Positions 33,623 through 48,240 of a stretch of 64,000 nt of DNA are shown piece after piece (position 1 is the stretch's first letter; each line of letters opens with the position of its first letter). The translations under genes were made by a program, and so were the position numbers. Source of the DNA: Escherichia coli. GTDB lineage: Bacteria; Pseudomonadota; Gammaproteobacteria; Enterobacterales; Enterobacteriaceae. The stretch lies in the NCBI RefSeq assembly GCF_030013205.1, contig NZ_CP122648.1; one strand, given 5' to 3'. The notes below the pieces were generated by a model. That model was given only the letters and a program-made list of their open reading frames with translations. It was not told where the DNA came from and did not search any database.

Positions 33623-34029
33623 TATGGAAACGAAAAATCACCCTGGAAGCACTGAATGCTATGGGTGAAGGAAACATGGTGGGGTTGCTGGATATTCGCT
33701 TTGAACATATTGGTGATGACACCCTTGAAGCGACAATGCCAGTAGACTCGCGGACAAAGCAGCCTTTCGGGTTGCTGCATGGAGGAGCATCCGTGGTACT
33801 GGCCGAAAGTATCGGTTCCGTTGCCGGTTATTTATGTACCGAAGGTGAGCAAAAAGTGGTTGGTCTGGAAATCAATGCTAACCACGTCCGCTCGGCACGA
33901 GAAGGGCGGGTGCGCGGCGTATGCAAACCGTTGCATCTCGGTTCGCGTCACCAGGTCTGGCAGATTGAAATCTTCGATGAGAAAGGGCGTTTGTGCTGTT
34001 CGTCACGATTAACGACCGCCATTTTGTGA
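33619..34029 (+). CDS. menI: 1,4-dihydroxy-2-naphthoyl-CoA thioesterase (hotdog fold)
   Basis: 136-aa ORF; start overlaps ydiJ stop. Confidence 0.92.
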   Translation: MIWKRKITLEALNAMGEGNMVGLLDIRFEHIGDDTLEATMPVDSRTKQPFGLLHGGASVVLAESIGSVAGYLCTEGEQKVVGLEINANHVRSAREGRVRGVCKPLHLGSRHQVWQIEIFDEKGRLCCSSRLTTAIL

Positions 34030-34128
34030 CGTTGTCACCAGAAAAGTGTGACGCATATTGCTTTTGGTCATTATCTGCACAGTAAACGGTGGTATACTGT
34101 GCAGGTCTTGTCTAAAAGCGAGGATGCT

Positions 34129-34317
34129 ATGTCTACTCAACTTGATCCCACCCAGCTGGCCATTGAATTTTTACGCCGTGACCAGAGCAATCTTTCACCT
34201 GCCCAATATCTCAAACGTCTGAAACAACTAGAACTTGAATTTGCTGACCTGCTTACTCTCTCTTCTGCTGAATTAAAAGAAGAAATCTACTTTGCCTGGC
34301 GTCTGGGCGTGCATTGA
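34129..34317 (+). CDS. ydiH: Uncharacterised small protein YdiH
   Basis: 62-aa protein from internal ATG (MSTQLDPTQ) of 89-aa ORF. Confidence 0.8.
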   Translation: MSTQLDPTQLAIEFLRRDQSNLSPAQYLKRLKQLELEFADLLTLSSAELKEEIYFAWRLGVH

Positions 34318-34510
34318 TTCTGACTTAATGCCGCAATTTCGCCAAATCGACCTGGATTAACCTCCGTCCAGGTTCGATAACCTTCTTAATACTGCTTATC
34401 TACCCGCCTGATATTGTTCAAAAATAATACTAATCGCAGTTTGTGTTAAAACGGCGGGTTAGCTTTATGAGATTATTCTTATCGCCCCTTCAAGAGCTAA
34501 GCCACTGAGA

Positions 34511-34583
34511 GTGCCGGAGATAAGCGCCGGATGGGGTAGAAACCCTTAAGCCTGTGTCGCACAGACTTAAGGGTTTTCTTATT
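34511..34583 (+). ncRNA. rydB: Candidate small RNA (position and structure consistent with RydB)
   Basis: Structured segment ending in CCCTTAAG...CTTAAGGG hairpin plus TTTTCTT, between ydiH and sufA; RydB sequence not recalled, ends approximate. Confidence 0.4.
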
Positions 34584-34670
34584 TCTGAACGCTGCACTTT
34601 TTTACCTATCTCTTAAATAGTCATTTTCAATACAACTTTTTCTTTTTCATCACAGCCTTAATGCTCCTTA

Positions 34671-34686
34671 GATAATAATCATTATC
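34671..34686. promoter_or_regulatory. Fur-box-like palindrome, distal, suf upstream region
   Basis: GATAATAATCATTATC resembles Fur consensus GATAATGATAATCATTATC. Confidence 0.45.
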
Positions 34687-34803
34687 TAACAATGAGATAC
34701 CTAATTCTTAGCGTGCCTGTTAACCCACACATCAGGGTCTATGCTTATTAAAAGCAGGAAAAAAGCATGTTTTACGGTAAAGCCCCTGCGTTTGCTGGGT
34801 TGA

Positions 34804-34820
34804 ACTGATAATCATTATCA
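34804..34820. promoter_or_regulatory. Fur box at the sufA promoter
   Basis: CTGATAATCATTATCAC about 50 bp upstream of sufA ATG; suf operon is Fur-repressed. Confidence 0.6.
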
Positions 34821-34865
34821 CTAACATGCTGTTATACGCTGAAAGCGATGAAGTGAGGTAAATCG

Positions 34866-35234
34866 ATGGACATGCATTCAGGAACCTTTAATCCACAGGA
34901 TTTCGCCTGGCAGGGCTTAACGCTGACACCCGCAGCCGCTGTCCACATACGCGAGCTGGTGGCAAAGCAGCCGGGTATGGTCGGCGTGCGCTTAGGCGTG
35001 AAGCAAACGGGCTGCGCGGGCTTTGGCTATGTGCTCGACAGTGTTAGCGAGCCGGACAAAGACGATCTGCTGTTTGAACACGACGGCGCGAAGCTGTTTG
35101 TCCCGCTGCAAGCGATGCCGTTTATTGATGGCACGGAAGTCGATTTCGTTCGTGAAGGACTTAATCAGATATTCAAATTTCACAACCCTAAAGCCCAGAA
35201 TGAATGTGGCTGTGGCGAAAGCTTTGGGGTATAG
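34866..35234 (+). CDS. sufA: Fe-S cluster assembly A-type carrier
   Basis: 122-aa ORF with C-terminal CGCGESF motif. Confidence 0.95.
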   Translation: MDMHSGTFNPQDFAWQGLTLTPAAAVHIRELVAKQPGMVGVRLGVKQTGCAGFGYVLDSVSEPDKDDLLFEHDGAKLFVPLQAMPFIDGTEVDFVREGLNQIFKFHNPKAQNECGCGESFGV

Positions 35235-35242
35235 GCGGTACT

Positions 35243-36730
35243 ATGTCTCGTAATACTGAAGCAACTGACGATGTCAAAACCTGGACCGGCGGCCCACTGA
35301 ATTATAAAGAAGGATTCTTCACCCAGTTAGCCACCGATGAGCTGGCAAAGGGGATAAACGAAGAGGTGGTGCGCGCAATTTCGGCGAAGCGTAATGAGCC
35401 GGAGTGGATGCTGGAGTTTCGTCTCAACGCCTATCGCGCATGGCTGGAGATGGAAGAACCGCACTGGTTGAAAGCGCACTACGACAAGCTGAATTATCAG
35501 GATTACAGCTACTACTCAGCACCATCGTGCGGTAATTGTGACGACAACTGCGCGTCTGAACCCGGCGTGGTGCAGCAAACTGGCGCGAACGCCTTTTTAA
35601 GTAAAGAGGTGGAGGCGGCGTTTGAGCAGTTGGGCGTTCCCGTGCGGGAAGGCAAAGAGGTGGCGGTGGATGCCATTTTCGACTCTGTTTCGGTTGCCAC
35701 CACTTATCGCGAAAAACTGGCGGAGCAGGGAATTATTTTCTGTTCCTTTGGCGAGGCGATCCACGATCACCCGGAACTGGTGCGTAAATATCTCGGCACC
35801 GTGGTGCCGGGGAATGACAACTTCTTTGCCGCACTTAATGCGGCGGTAGCCTCTGACGGTACGTTTATTTATGTGCCTAAAGGCGTGCGCTGCCCGATGG
35901 AACTTTCCACCTATTTTCGTATTAACGCGGAAAAAACCGGGCAGTTTGAGCGCACCATTCTGGTGGCCGACGAAGACAGCTACGTTAGCTACATTGAAGG
36001 CTGTTCCGCTCCGGTGCGTGACAGCTATCAGTTACACGCGGCGGTGGTGGAAGTCATCATCCATAAAAACGCCGAGGTGAAATATTCCACGGTACAAAAC
36101 TGGTTCCCTGGCGATAACAACACCGGCGGTATTCTCAACTTCGTCACCAAGCGTGCTTTGTGCGAAGGCGAAAACAGCAAAATGTCATGGACGCAATCAG
36201 AAACCGGGTCAGCGATTACGTGGAAATATCCCAGCTGTATTTTGCGCGGCGATAACTCCATTGGTGAGTTTTACTCAGTGGCGCTGACCAGCGGTCATCA
36301 GCAAGCGGATACCGGCACCAAGATGATCCACATCGGTAAAAACACTAAATCGACCATTATCTCGAAAGGGATCTCTGCCGGACATAGTCAGAACAGTTAT
36401 CGCGGCTTAGTGAAAATCATGCCGACGGCAACCAATGCGCGCAATTTCACTCAGTGCGACTCAATGCTGATTGGCGCTAATTGTGGGGCGCATACCTTCC
36501 CGTATGTCGAATGTCGCAATAACAGCGCACAACTGGAGCACGAGGCAACGACATCACGTATTGGTGAAGATCAACTGTTTTACTGCCTGCAACGCGGGAT
36601 CAGCGAAGAAGACGCCATCTCGATGATTGTTAACGGTTTCTGCAAAGACGTGTTCTCAGAACTGCCGCTGGAATTTGCCGTTGAAGCACAAAAACTCCTC
36701 GCCATCAGTCTTGAACACAGCGTCGGATAA
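35243..36730 (+). CDS. sufB: Fe-S cluster assembly scaffold SufB
   Basis: 495-aa protein from ATG at 35243 ([10 protein letters not shown]); ORF track extends 13 codons upstream. Confidence 0.95.
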   Translation: MSRNTEATDDVKTWTGGPLNYKEGFFTQLATDELAKGINEEVVRAISAKRNEPEWMLEFRLNAYRAWLEMEEPHWLKAHYDKLNYQDYSYYSAPSCGNCDDNCASEPGVVQQTGANAFLSKEVEAAFEQLGVPVREGKEVAVDAIFDSVSVATTYREKLAEQGIIFCSFGEAIHDHPELVRKYLGTVVPGNDNFFAALNAAVASDGTFIYVPKGVRCPMELSTYFRINAEKTGQFERTILVADEDSYVSYIEGCSAPVRDSYQLHAAVVEVIIHKNAEVKYSTVQNWFPGDNNTGGILNFVTKRALCEGENSKMSWTQSETGSAITWKYPSCILRGDNSIGEFYSVALTSGHQQADTGTKMIHIGKNTKSTIISKGISAGHSQNSYRGLVKIMPTATNARNFTQCDSMLIGANCGAHTFPYVECRNNSAQLEHEATTSRIGEDQLFYCLQRGISEEDAISMIVNGFCKDVFSELPLEFAVEAQKLLAISLEHSVG

Positions 36731-36739
36731 GGAATAAAC

Positions 36740-37486
36740 ATGTTAAGTATTAAAGATTTACACGTCAGCGTGGAAGATAAAGCTATCCTGCGTGGATTAA
36801 GCCTCGACGTTCGTCCCGGCGAAGTTCACGCCATTATGGGGCCAAACGGTTCTGGCAAAAGTACCTTATCGGCAACGCTTGCCGGGCGAGAAGATTATGA
36901 GGTGACGGGCGGCACGGTTGAGTTCAAAGGCAAAGATTTGCTTGCGCTGTCGCCGGAAGATCGTGCAGGTGAAGGCATCTTTATGGCCTTCCAGTATCCG
37001 GTGGAAATTCCCGGCGTCAGTAACCAGTTTTTCCTGCAAACGGCACTTAATGCGGTGCGCAGCTATCGCGGCCAGGAAACGCTCGACCGCTTTGATTTTC
37101 AGGATTTGATGGAAGAGAAAATCGCTCTCCTGAAGATGCCGGAAGATTTATTAACCCGTTCGGTAAACGTTGGTTTTTCCGGCGGCGAGAAAAAGCGCAA
37201 CGATATTTTGCAAATGGCGGTGCTGGAACCGGAGTTATGTATTCTTGATGAGTCGGACTCCGGGCTGGATATTGACGCATTAAAAGTGGTTGCCGATGGC
37301 GTGAACTCGCTGCGTGACGGCAAGCGCTCATTCATCATTGTTACGCACTACCAACGCATTCTCGACTACATCAAGCCTGATTACGTCCATGTACTATATC
37401 AGGGACGAATTGTGAAATCCGGCGATTTCACGTTGGTCAAACAACTGGAGGAGCAGGGTTATGGCTGGCTTACCGAACAGCAGTAA
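36740..37486 (+). CDS. sufC: Fe-S cluster assembly ATPase SufC
   Basis: 248-aa ORF with Walker A GPNGSGKST. Confidence 0.96.
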   Translation: MLSIKDLHVSVEDKAILRGLSLDVRPGEVHAIMGPNGSGKSTLSATLAGREDYEVTGGTVEFKGKDLLALSPEDRAGEGIFMAFQYPVEIPGVSNQFFLQTALNAVRSYRGQETLDRFDFQDLMEEKIALLKMPEDLLTRSVNVGFSGGEKKRNDILQMAVLEPELCILDESDSGLDIDALKVVADGVNSLRDGKRSFIIVTHYQRILDYIKPDYVHVLYQGRIVKSGDFTLVKQLEEQGYGWLTEQQ

Positions 37487-38732
37487 CGCGCTGCAACAGT
37501 GGCATCACTTGTTTGAAGCTGAAGGGACAAAACGCTCACCGCAAGCACAGCAGCATTTACAACAATTGCTGCGTACCGGACTGCCGACACGGAAACATGA
37601 AAACTGGAAATATACGCCGCTGGAAGGGCTGACCAATAGCCAGTTTGTCAGCATTGCGGGAGAGATATCCCCACAGCAGCGTGATGCCTTAGCGTTAACG
37701 TTAGACGCCGTGCGGCTGGTGTTTGTTGATGGACGTTACGTGCCCGCGCTGAGCGATGCAACTGAAGGCAGCGGATATGAAGTGAGCATTAACGACGACC
37801 GTCAGGGGTTACCCGACGCTATTCAGGCGGAAGTGTTTCTGCATTTGACGGAAAGCCTGGCACAAAGCGTGACGCATATCGCCGTGAAGCGCGGTCAACG
37901 ACCGGCAAAGCGATTGCTGTTAATGCATATAACCCAGGGCGTGGCAGGTGAAGAGGTGAACACTGCCCATTACCGACATCATCTGGATCTGGCGGAAGGT
38001 GCCGAAGCAACGGTGATCGAACATTTTGTCAGCCTTAATGATGCTCGTCATTTTACTGGGGCACGGTTCACTATCAATGTCGCAGCGAACGCCCACTTGC
38101 AGCATATCAAGCTGGCGTTTGAAAACCCGCTCAGTCACCACTTTGCCCATAACGATTTGTTGCTGGCAGACGATGCCACCGCATTTAGCCACAGTTTCCT
38201 GCTGGGTGGCGCAGTGTTACGACACAACACCAGTTCGCAACTCAATGGCGAAAACAGCACGCTGCGGATCAATAGCCTGGCGATGCCGGTGAAAAACGAG
38301 GTGTGTGATACCCGTACCTGGCTGGAACACAATAAAGGTTTTTGTAACAGCCGACAGTTGCACAAAACTATCGTCAGCGACAAAGGCCGCGCGGTATTTA
38401 ACGGTTTGATCAACGTCGCGCAGCACGCCATCAAAACGGATGGTCAGATGACCAACAATAATCTGCTGATGGGCAAACTGGCGGAAGTGGATACGAAACC
38501 ACAGCTGGAAATCTATGCAGATGATGTGAAATGCAGCCACGGCGCGACGGTGGGGCGTATTGATGACGAACAGATGTTTTATCTGCGCTCGCGCGGGATC
38601 AATCAGCAAGATGCCCAGCAGATGATCATCTACGCCTTTGCTGCTGAACTGACGGAAGCACTGCGTGATGAGGGGCTTAAACAGCAGGTGCTGGCCCGAA
38701 TCGGTCAACGACTGCCAGGAGGTGCAAGATGA
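37461..38732 (+). CDS. sufD: Fe-S cluster assembly protein SufD
   Basis: 423-aa ORF; 26-nt overlap with sufC. Confidence 0.95.
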   Translation: MAGLPNSSNALQQWHHLFEAEGTKRSPQAQQHLQQLLRTGLPTRKHENWKYTPLEGLTNSQFVSIAGEISPQQRDALALTLDAVRLVFVDGRYVPALSDATEGSGYEVSINDDRQGLPDAIQAEVFLHLTESLAQSVTHIAVKRGQRPAKRLLLMHITQGVAGEEVNTAHYRHHLDLAEGAEATVIEHFVSLNDARHFTGARFTINVAANAHLQHIKLAFENPLSHHFAHNDLLLADDATAFSHSFLLGGAVLRHNTSSQLNGENSTLRINSLAMPVKNEVCDTRTWLEHNKGFCNSRQLHKTIVSDKGRAVFNGLINVAQHAIKTDGQMTNNNLLMGKLAEVDTKPQLEIYADDVKCSHGATVGRIDDEQMFYLRSRGINQQDAQQMIIYAFAAELTEALRDEGLKQQVLARIGQRLPGGAR

Positions 38733-39949
38733 CTTTTTCCGTCGACAAAGTGCGGGCCGACTTTCCGGTGCTTTCTCGTGAGGTAAACGGTTTGCCGCTG
38801 GCTTATCTCGACAGCGCCGCCAGTGCGCAGAAACCGAGCCAGGTAATTGACGCCGAGGCCGAGTTTTATCGTCACGGCTACGCCGCGGTGCATCGCGGTA
38901 TTCATACCTTAAGCGCCCAGGCGACCGAGAAAATGGAGAACGTGCGCAAGCGGGCATCGCTGTTTATTAATGCCCGTTCGGCGGAAGAGCTGGTGTTCGT
39001 CCGCGGCACGACGGAAGGGATCAATCTGGTCGCCAATAGCTGGGGCAACAGCAATGTGCGGGCGGGCGATAACATCATCATCAGTCAGATGGAGCACCAC
39101 GCTAACATTGTCCCCTGGCAGATGCTTTGCGCACGCGTTGGCGCAGAGCTGCGTGTGATCCCGCTCAATCCCGACGGTACGTTGCAACTGGAGACGCTAC
39201 CTACGCTGTTTGATGAGAAAACTCGCCTGCTGGCAATTACTCATGTCTCCAACGTGCTGGGAACGGAAAATCCGCTGGCGGAAATGATCACGCTTGCGCA
39301 TCAGCATGGCGCAAAAGTACTGGTGGATGGCGCTCAGGCGGTGATGCATCATCCGGTGGACGTTCAGGCGCTGGATTGCGATTTTTACGTGTTCTCCGGG
39401 CATAAACTGTATGGCCCCACTGGGATTGGCATTCTTTATGTCAAAGAAGCCTTGCTACAGGAGATGCCGCCGTGGGAAGGGGGCGGTTCTATGATCGCCA
39501 CCGTCAGCCTGAGTGAAGGCACTACCTGGACCAAAGCACCATGGCGGTTTGAAGCCGGTACACCCAATACCGGGGGCATCATTGGTCTTGGCGCGGCGCT
39601 GGAGTATGTGTCGGCGCTGGGGCTTAATAACATAGCCGAGTATGAACAGAATCTGATGCACTACGCGCTATCACAGCTGGAATCTGTACCGGATCTCACT
39701 CTCTATGGCCCGCAGAACAGGCTTGGCGTTATTGCTTTTAATCTCGGTAAACACCACGCCTATGATGTTGGCAGTTTTCTCGATAACTACGGCATTGCTG
39801 TGCGTACCGGACATCACTGCGCTATGCCATTAATGGCCTATTACAACGTTCCTGCTATGTGTCGGGCGTCGCTGGCCATGTATAACACCCATGAAGAAGT
39901 GGATCGTCTGGTGACCGGCCTGCAACGAATTCACCGTTTGCTGGGATAA
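38729..39949 (+). CDS. sufS: Cysteine desulfurase SufS
   Basis: 406-aa ORF, PLP aminotransferase class V; 4-nt overlap with sufD. Confidence 0.96.
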   Translation: MTFSVDKVRADFPVLSREVNGLPLAYLDSAASAQKPSQVIDAEAEFYRHGYAAVHRGIHTLSAQATEKMENVRKRASLFINARSAEELVFVRGTTEGINLVANSWGNSNVRAGDNIIISQMEHHANIVPWQMLCARVGAELRVIPLNPDGTLQLETLPTLFDEKTRLLAITHVSNVLGTENPLAEMITLAHQHGAKVLVDGAQAVMHHPVDVQALDCDFYVFSGHKLYGPTGIGILYVKEALLQEMPPWEGGGSMIATVSLSEGTTWTKAPWRFEAGTPNTGGIIGLGAALEYVSALGLNNIAEYEQNLMHYALSQLESVPDLTLYGPQNRLGVIAFNLGKHHAYDVGSFLDNYGIAVRTGHHCAMPLMAYYNVPAMCRASLAMYNTHEEVDRLVTGLQRIHRLLG

Positions 39950-39961
39950 CAGGGAGGCACT

Positions 39962-40378
39962 ATGGCTTTATTGCCGGATAAAGAAAAATTGCTGCGTAAT
40001 TTTTTACGCTGCGCCAACTGGGAAGAGAAATATCTCTACATTATTGAGCTGGGCCAGCGTCTGCCAGAATTACGCGACGAAGACCGAAGCCCACAAAATA
40101 GCATTCAGGGTTGCCAGAGTCAGGTGTGGATTGTGATGCGTCAGAATGCCCAGGGAATTATTGAATTACAGGGCGACAGCGATGCGGCGATTGTGAAAGG
40201 GCTTATTGCGGTCGTCTTTATTCTCTATGATCAAATGACGCCGCAGGATATTGTCAATTTCGATGTGCGTCCGTGGTTTGAAAAAATGGCGCTCACCCAA
40301 CATCTCACCCCATCTCGTTCACAAGGTCTGGAAGCGATGATTCGCGCAATTCGCGCCAAAGCCGCTGCACTTAGCTAA
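39962..40378 (+). CDS. sufE: Sulfur acceptor SufE
   Basis: 138-aa ORF matching K-12 SufE. Confidence 0.95.
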
Positions 40379-40526
40379 ACTAAAGGGACAGCTTTCATCC
40401 GGTTGGCTCACATTGCCGGATGGTCAATGTTTACACTGACCTGCACAGGAGTGTTTCGGTTTCAGGTGAACATAAGTGCCATCCGACGTTTCAGCGTGAG
40501 TCTCCGGCAAATACAGGAGGTTTACA

Positions 40527-41531
40527 ATGAAACGCGCGTCTTTGCTTACACTCACGCTTATCGGCGCTTTTAGCGCCATCCAGGCTGCCTGGGCGGTTGA
40601 TTATCCGCTACCTCCAACCGGAAGCCGACTGGTTGGGCAAAATCAAACGTATACGGTGCAAGAAGGGGATAAAAACCTTCAGGCCATCGCCCGACGTTTT
40701 GATACTGCGGCAATGTTGATCCTTGAAGCCAATAACACTATCGCCCCGGTGCCAAAACCTGGTACGACGATAACTATTCCTTCGCAACTGTTATTACCTG
40801 ATGCGCCGCGTCAGGGGATTATCGTTAACCTGGCAGAGCTGCGCCTTTATTATTATCCGCCGGGAGAAAATATCGTGCAGGTCTATCCGATAGGTATTGG
40901 TTTGCAGGGGCTGGAAACGCCAGTGATGGAAACGCGTGTGGGGCAGAAAATCCCTAACCCAACCTGGACGCCTACGGCGGGCATTCGTCAGCGTTCGTTG
41001 GAGCGTGGCATTAAATTACCGCCAGTCGTTCCTGCCGGGCCAAATAACCCACTAGGACGTTACGCACTGCGCCTCGCGCATGGTAATGGCGAATACCTCA
41101 TTCATGGCACCAGTGCGCAGGACAGCGTCGGTTTGCGCGTCAGTTCGGGCTGTATTCGCATGAATGCGCCGGATATTAAAGCCTTATTCTCCAGCGTGCG
41201 GACGGGAACGCCGGTGAAAGTGATCAACGAACCGGTGAAATATTCCGTGGAACCGAACGGGATGCGTTATGTTGAAGTACATCGACCACTATCAGCAGAA
41301 GAACAGCAGAACGTTCAGACAATGCCATACACACTGCCAGCAGGCTTTACGCAATTTAAAGACAATAAGGGTGTAGATCAGAAATTAGTCGATAAAGCGT
41401 TGTATCGTCGGGCAGGGTATCCGGTTGCGGTGAGCAGTGGAGCAACTCCCGCAGCCAGCAATGCGCCTTCAGTAGAGTCAGCGCAGAATGGTGAACCAGA
41501 GCAAGGGAATATGTTACGCGCGACGCAGTAG
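40527..41531 (+). CDS. ldtE: L,D-transpeptidase (YkuD family)
   Basis: 334-aa ORF with signal peptide and LHGT..SSGCIRM catalytic motif. Confidence 0.93.
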   Translation: MKRASLLTLTLIGAFSAIQAAWAVDYPLPPTGSRLVGQNQTYTVQEGDKNLQAIARRFDTAAMLILEANNTIAPVPKPGTTITIPSQLLLPDAPRQGIIVNLAELRLYYYPPGENIVQVYPIGIGLQGLETPVMETRVGQKIPNPTWTPTAGIRQRSLERGIKLPPVVPAGPNNPLGRYALRLAHGNGEYLIHGTSAQDSVGLRVSSGCIRMNAPDIKALFSSVRTGTPVKVINEPVKYSVEPNGMRYVEVHRPLSAEEQQNVQTMPYTLPAGFTQFKDNKGVDQKLVDKALYRRAGYPVAVSSGATPAASNAPSVESAQNGEPEQGNMLRATQ

Positions 41532-41546
41532 CGGTAAATGGCAGGC

Positions 41547-41578
41547 AAAAAAAATGGCGCACAATGTGCGCCATTTTT
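41547..41578. terminator. Bidirectional rho-independent terminator shared by convergent ldtE and lpp
   Basis: AAAAAAA-ATGGCGCACAATGTGCGCCAT-TTTTT, symmetric A/T-flanked hairpin. Confidence 0.85.
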
Positions 41579-41594
41579 CACTTCACAGGTACTA

Positions 41595-41843
<249 letters not shown>

Positions 41844-42141
41844 CTAGATTGAGTTAATCTCCATGTAGCGTTACAAGTATTACACAAACTTTTTTATGTT
41901 GAGAATATTTTTTTGATGGGAAGGCACTTATTTTTGATCGTTCGCTCAAAGAAGCATCGAACGCTGGGTTTTAGATAAAAAAATTGAGAGAAAACAGGAT
42001 GCTTCCATCGGATTCATCTTAGATAAAGTGAGATTATATAGTGAAATCCGATTTGATTTTTTATTGCTTCTGGTTATCGATTAAATAAAAAAAGCGCCCA
42101 TCAGGGCGCTTCGATATACAAATTAATTCACAAAAGCAATA

Positions 42142-43554
42142 TTACAGGACGTGAACAGATGCTGTGTTAGTAGTGCCGCTCGGTACCAGTGCACCAGAAA
42201 CCATAACTACAACGTCACCTTTGTGTGCCAGACCGCTCTGCAGAGCCAGTTCTTTACCCAGACGGTAGAAATCATCAGTAGAAGTGATCTCTTTAACCAG
42301 TTGCGGTACAACGCCTTTGCTCAGTACCAACTGATGAGCCGTTTTTTCGTTGGTGGTCAGTGCCAGGATGGTGGCATCCGGGAAGTATTTACGTACTGCG
42401 CGAGCAGATTTACCGCCCTGGGTAGCAACCACGATCAGCGGGGCATCCAGTTTTTCAGCAGTTTCAACGGCACCACGGCATACCGCTTCGGTAATGCGCA
42501 GTTTACGGTTGTCATTGTTGAACTCGAGACGGCTGTTCATCACGCGGTCGGTACGTTCGCAGATGGTCGCCATGATAGAAACCGCTTCCAGCGGGTATTT
42601 ACCTTTTGCGGATTCACCAGACAGCATCACTGCGTCAGTACCGTCGAGGATGGCGTTTGCAACGTCACCGGCTTCTGCGCGAGTCGGGCGTGGGTTTTTG
42701 ATCATGGAATCCAGCATCTGGGTCGCAGTGATAACGACTTTACGTGCACGGATACATTTTTCGATCATCATCTTCTGGGCGAAGATAACTTCTTCTACCG
42801 GGATTTCTACACCCAGGTCGCCACGCGCAACCATGATGCCGTCAGAGGCTTCGAGGATTTCGTCGAAGTTGTTGAGGCCTTCCTGGTTTTCGATTTTGGA
42901 GATGATGTGGATGTTTTCGCCGCCGTGCGCTTTCAGGTGCTCACGGATTTCGATAACGTCAGAACGCTTACGAATAAAGGAAGCAGCGACAAAGTCTACG
43001 CCTTGTTCGCAACCAAAGATCAGGTCCTGTTTGTCTTTTTCAGCCAGTGCTGGCAGGGCAATGGAAACGCCAGGCAGGTTCACACCTTTGTTTTCACCCA
43101 GGTCGCCGTTGTTCAGCACTTTACAGATAACTTTGTTACCTTCAATGGCAGTAACTTCCATACCGATCAGACCATCGTCAACCAGTACGGTGTTGCCAAC
43201 AGACAGGTCAGTTGTGAAACCTTCATACGTTACCGCAACCATTTCGCTGTTGCCGATAACAGATTTATCAGTGGTGAAAGTAAAGGTCTGACCCGCTTTC
43301 AGAGAAACGTCGTTACCGCCTTCCAGTTTCATGGTGCGGATTTCCGGACCTTTGGTATCAAGCAGGATAGCGGCGGTTTTACCAGTTTTGCTCATCACGT
43401 TGCGCAGATTCTGAATGCGCTGACCGTGTTCTGCATAGTCACCATGAGAGAAGTTCAGACGCATAACGTTCATGCCAGCGTCCAGCATTTTAGCTAACAT
43501 CTCTTCAGATTCGGTTTTCGGTCCGATGGTGCAAACAATTTTGGTCTTTTTCAT
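42142..43554 (-). CDS. pykF: Pyruvate kinase I
   Basis: 470-aa protein from ATG at 43554 ([16 protein letters not shown]); ORF track extends 72 codons upstream. Confidence 0.97.
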
Positions 43555-44110
43555 GACAGTCTTAGTCTTTAAGTTGAGAAGGATGGGAGAAACTTGCTTT
43601 CTGGGCGCACTGCCGGAAAGCGAATCCGGTATTACGAAAGTGGTGGTGCCTCGCTCTAAGGATAGGTGACATCGAAAAAGCGTGCAGAGGAATGTGTGCT
43701 TGTGTCTCAGCCCAACGTGAGTGCCTGTTTTTGAGTCGTTGAGTTCTACAGTCCAAAGTGCTGAAACCATTCAAGAGTCAATTGGCGCGCATTATACGCT
43801 GAAATTAATCCAAAAGGAAAACAAAAACAGCGTTTCAAAAAATATACAACTTGTTAGACAATAAATTGTTATCAAAGATTTAACGTTCCAGGGAAAAGGT
43901 TACGCAAAAACTTCGCTGTTTGCGCAACGTCTGGTGCCGGGGTTGTCACTGTGAAGATAAGTGAAAGTTCATCCGGTGTATAAATACATCATCGCTCAAT
44001 TGCTACAGTTAAAATAATTTATCGCGTTATTTGTCTGATTTTGTTTGATTTTTGTCTAATTGGTTAGATTGATATATGCTGATAGTTGGCATGATAAATA
44101 GGTATAAAGA

Positions 44111-44320
44111 ATGGGAAACCGGACAAAAGAGGATGAACTGTACCGAGAAATGTGCAGAGTTGTCGGTAAAGTTGTGCTGGAAATGCGCGATCTGGGGCAG
44201 GAACCAAAGCATATTGTTATCGCAGGCGTATTACGTACAGCATTAGCCAATAAACGCATTCAGCGCAGTGAGCTGGAAAAGCAGGCGATGGAAACCGTCA
44301 TTAACGCACTGGTAAAATGA
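44111..44320 (+). CDS. fumD: Small fumarase-like protein FumD (YdhZ)
   Basis: 69-aa ORF matching K-12 YdhZ. Confidence 0.85.
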   Translation: MGNRTKEDELYREMCRVVGKVVLEMRDLGQEPKHIVIAGVLRTALANKRIQRSELEKQAMETVINALVK

Positions 44321-44560
44321 CCATTCAGGATGAGGCGATAAGCTTCATCCTGATATTCTTGCTTCAGTTGCGGTCCAGTTAATCATTCTAAATAACAACT
44401 GCTGAAATTATACGAATTTCGGTATGTATTTTAATTTATAACGATAATGTTATTTTTATTTTCTGCAATGAACGTCACAAATAATTGTCGTTTAAGTTAA
44501 ATTTATTTCAAATGATAATAAATATCAGTTCACTTATAATTTCTTGCTTTGTGATTTTAA

Positions 44561-44574
44561 TTGATAACGATCAA
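44561..44574. promoter_or_regulatory. FNR-binding site upstream of ydhY
   Basis: TTGATAACGATCAA, perfect match to FNR consensus TTGAT-N4-ATCAA, about 200 bp upstream of ydhY. Confidence 0.6.
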
Positions 44575-44776
44575 TGTTAAGAGCTCAGAATAATCACATT
44601 ATTTTTTTCTCCTAACCATAAAGGATTAGTTTATCAGCGTTAAGTTTTTTCTCATACACTATCGGGTTAGGGAAAATATCTGGTGTTGGGGACAGAGTCA
44701 GCAGCGTATTAGTTGAATGCTTAATATCAGTCTGCTGAATTGTCAGCACTGTGTTTGCGAAGAGGATGCGAAATAA

Positions 44777-47526
<2,750 letters not shown>

Positions 47527-47529
47527 GGA

Positions 47530-48177
47530 ATGGGTGAGATGAACCATCAGGATGAATTGCCGTTAGCGAAAGTCAGCGAAGTTGATGAGGCGAAGCGGCA
47601 ATGGTTGCAGGGGATGCGTCACCCCGTTGATACGGTAACCGAACCAGAACCTGCTGAAATCCTGGCAGAGTTCATTCGTCAGCATTCTGCGGCTGGGCAG
47701 CTGGTGGCGCGCGCCGTGTTTCTCTCGCCACCCTATTCGGTTGCAGAAGAGGAACTGTCAGTTTTGCTGGAAAGCATTAAGCAGAACGGAGACCACGCGG
47801 ATATCGCTTGTTTGACGGGAAGCCAGGATGATTACTATTACTCAACTCAGGCCATGAGTGAAAACTACGCGGCGATGTCTTTGCAAGTTGTGGAGCAGGA
47901 CATTTGTCGCGCCATTGCACACGCCGTTCGTTTTGAGTGCCAGACGTATCCTCGTCCTTACAAAGTCGCCATGCTGATGCAAGCGCCATATTACTTCCAG
48001 GAAGCGCAGATCGAATCCGCGATCGCCGCGATGGATATTGCACCTGAATATGCTGATATACGGCAGGTGGAGTCATCGACGGCGGTGTTGTACTTGTTTA
48101 GCGAGCGATTTATGACCTATGGCAAGGCGTATGGCTTATGCGAATGGTTCGAGGTAGAGCAGTTTCAGAACCCCTGA
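47530..48177 (+). CDS. ydhW: Uncharacterised protein YdhW
   Basis: 215-aa ORF matching K-12 YdhW. Confidence 0.88.
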   Translation: MGEMNHQDELPLAKVSEVDEAKRQWLQGMRHPVDTVTEPEPAEILAEFIRQHSAAGQLVARAVFLSPPYSVAEEELSVLLESIKQNGDHADIACLTGSQDDYYYSTQAMSENYAAMSLQVVEQDICRAIAHAVRFECQTYPRPYKVAMLMQAPYYFQEAQIESAIAAMDIAPEYADIRQVESSTAVLYLFSERFMTYGKAYGLCEWFEVEQFQNP

Positions 48178-48240
48178 AATTTCAGGGAGATGTCATGGAT
48201 AGGGTGGACAGTTGCAGCCACTGCATTAGGGGATAATCAG

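Noticed and set aside
33045-33668. 207-aa plus-strand ORF in an alternative frame of ydiJ
   Set aside because: Overlaps the 1018-aa ydiJ reading frame; Arg/Trp-rich low-complexity translation typical of off-frame artefacts.
35204-35242. Upstream in-frame extensions of sufB (and likewise pykF, ydiQ, ydiO, ydhV, ydhX, ydiH, ydiL, ydiE)
   Set aside because: The longer ORFs start at upstream in-frame codons; the internal ATGs give the protein lengths recalled for the K-12 orthologues.
42151-43497. 448-aa and 313-aa plus-strand ORFs overlapping pykF
   Set aside because: Antisense to pykF, whose product matches pyruvate kinase I end to end; low-complexity translations.
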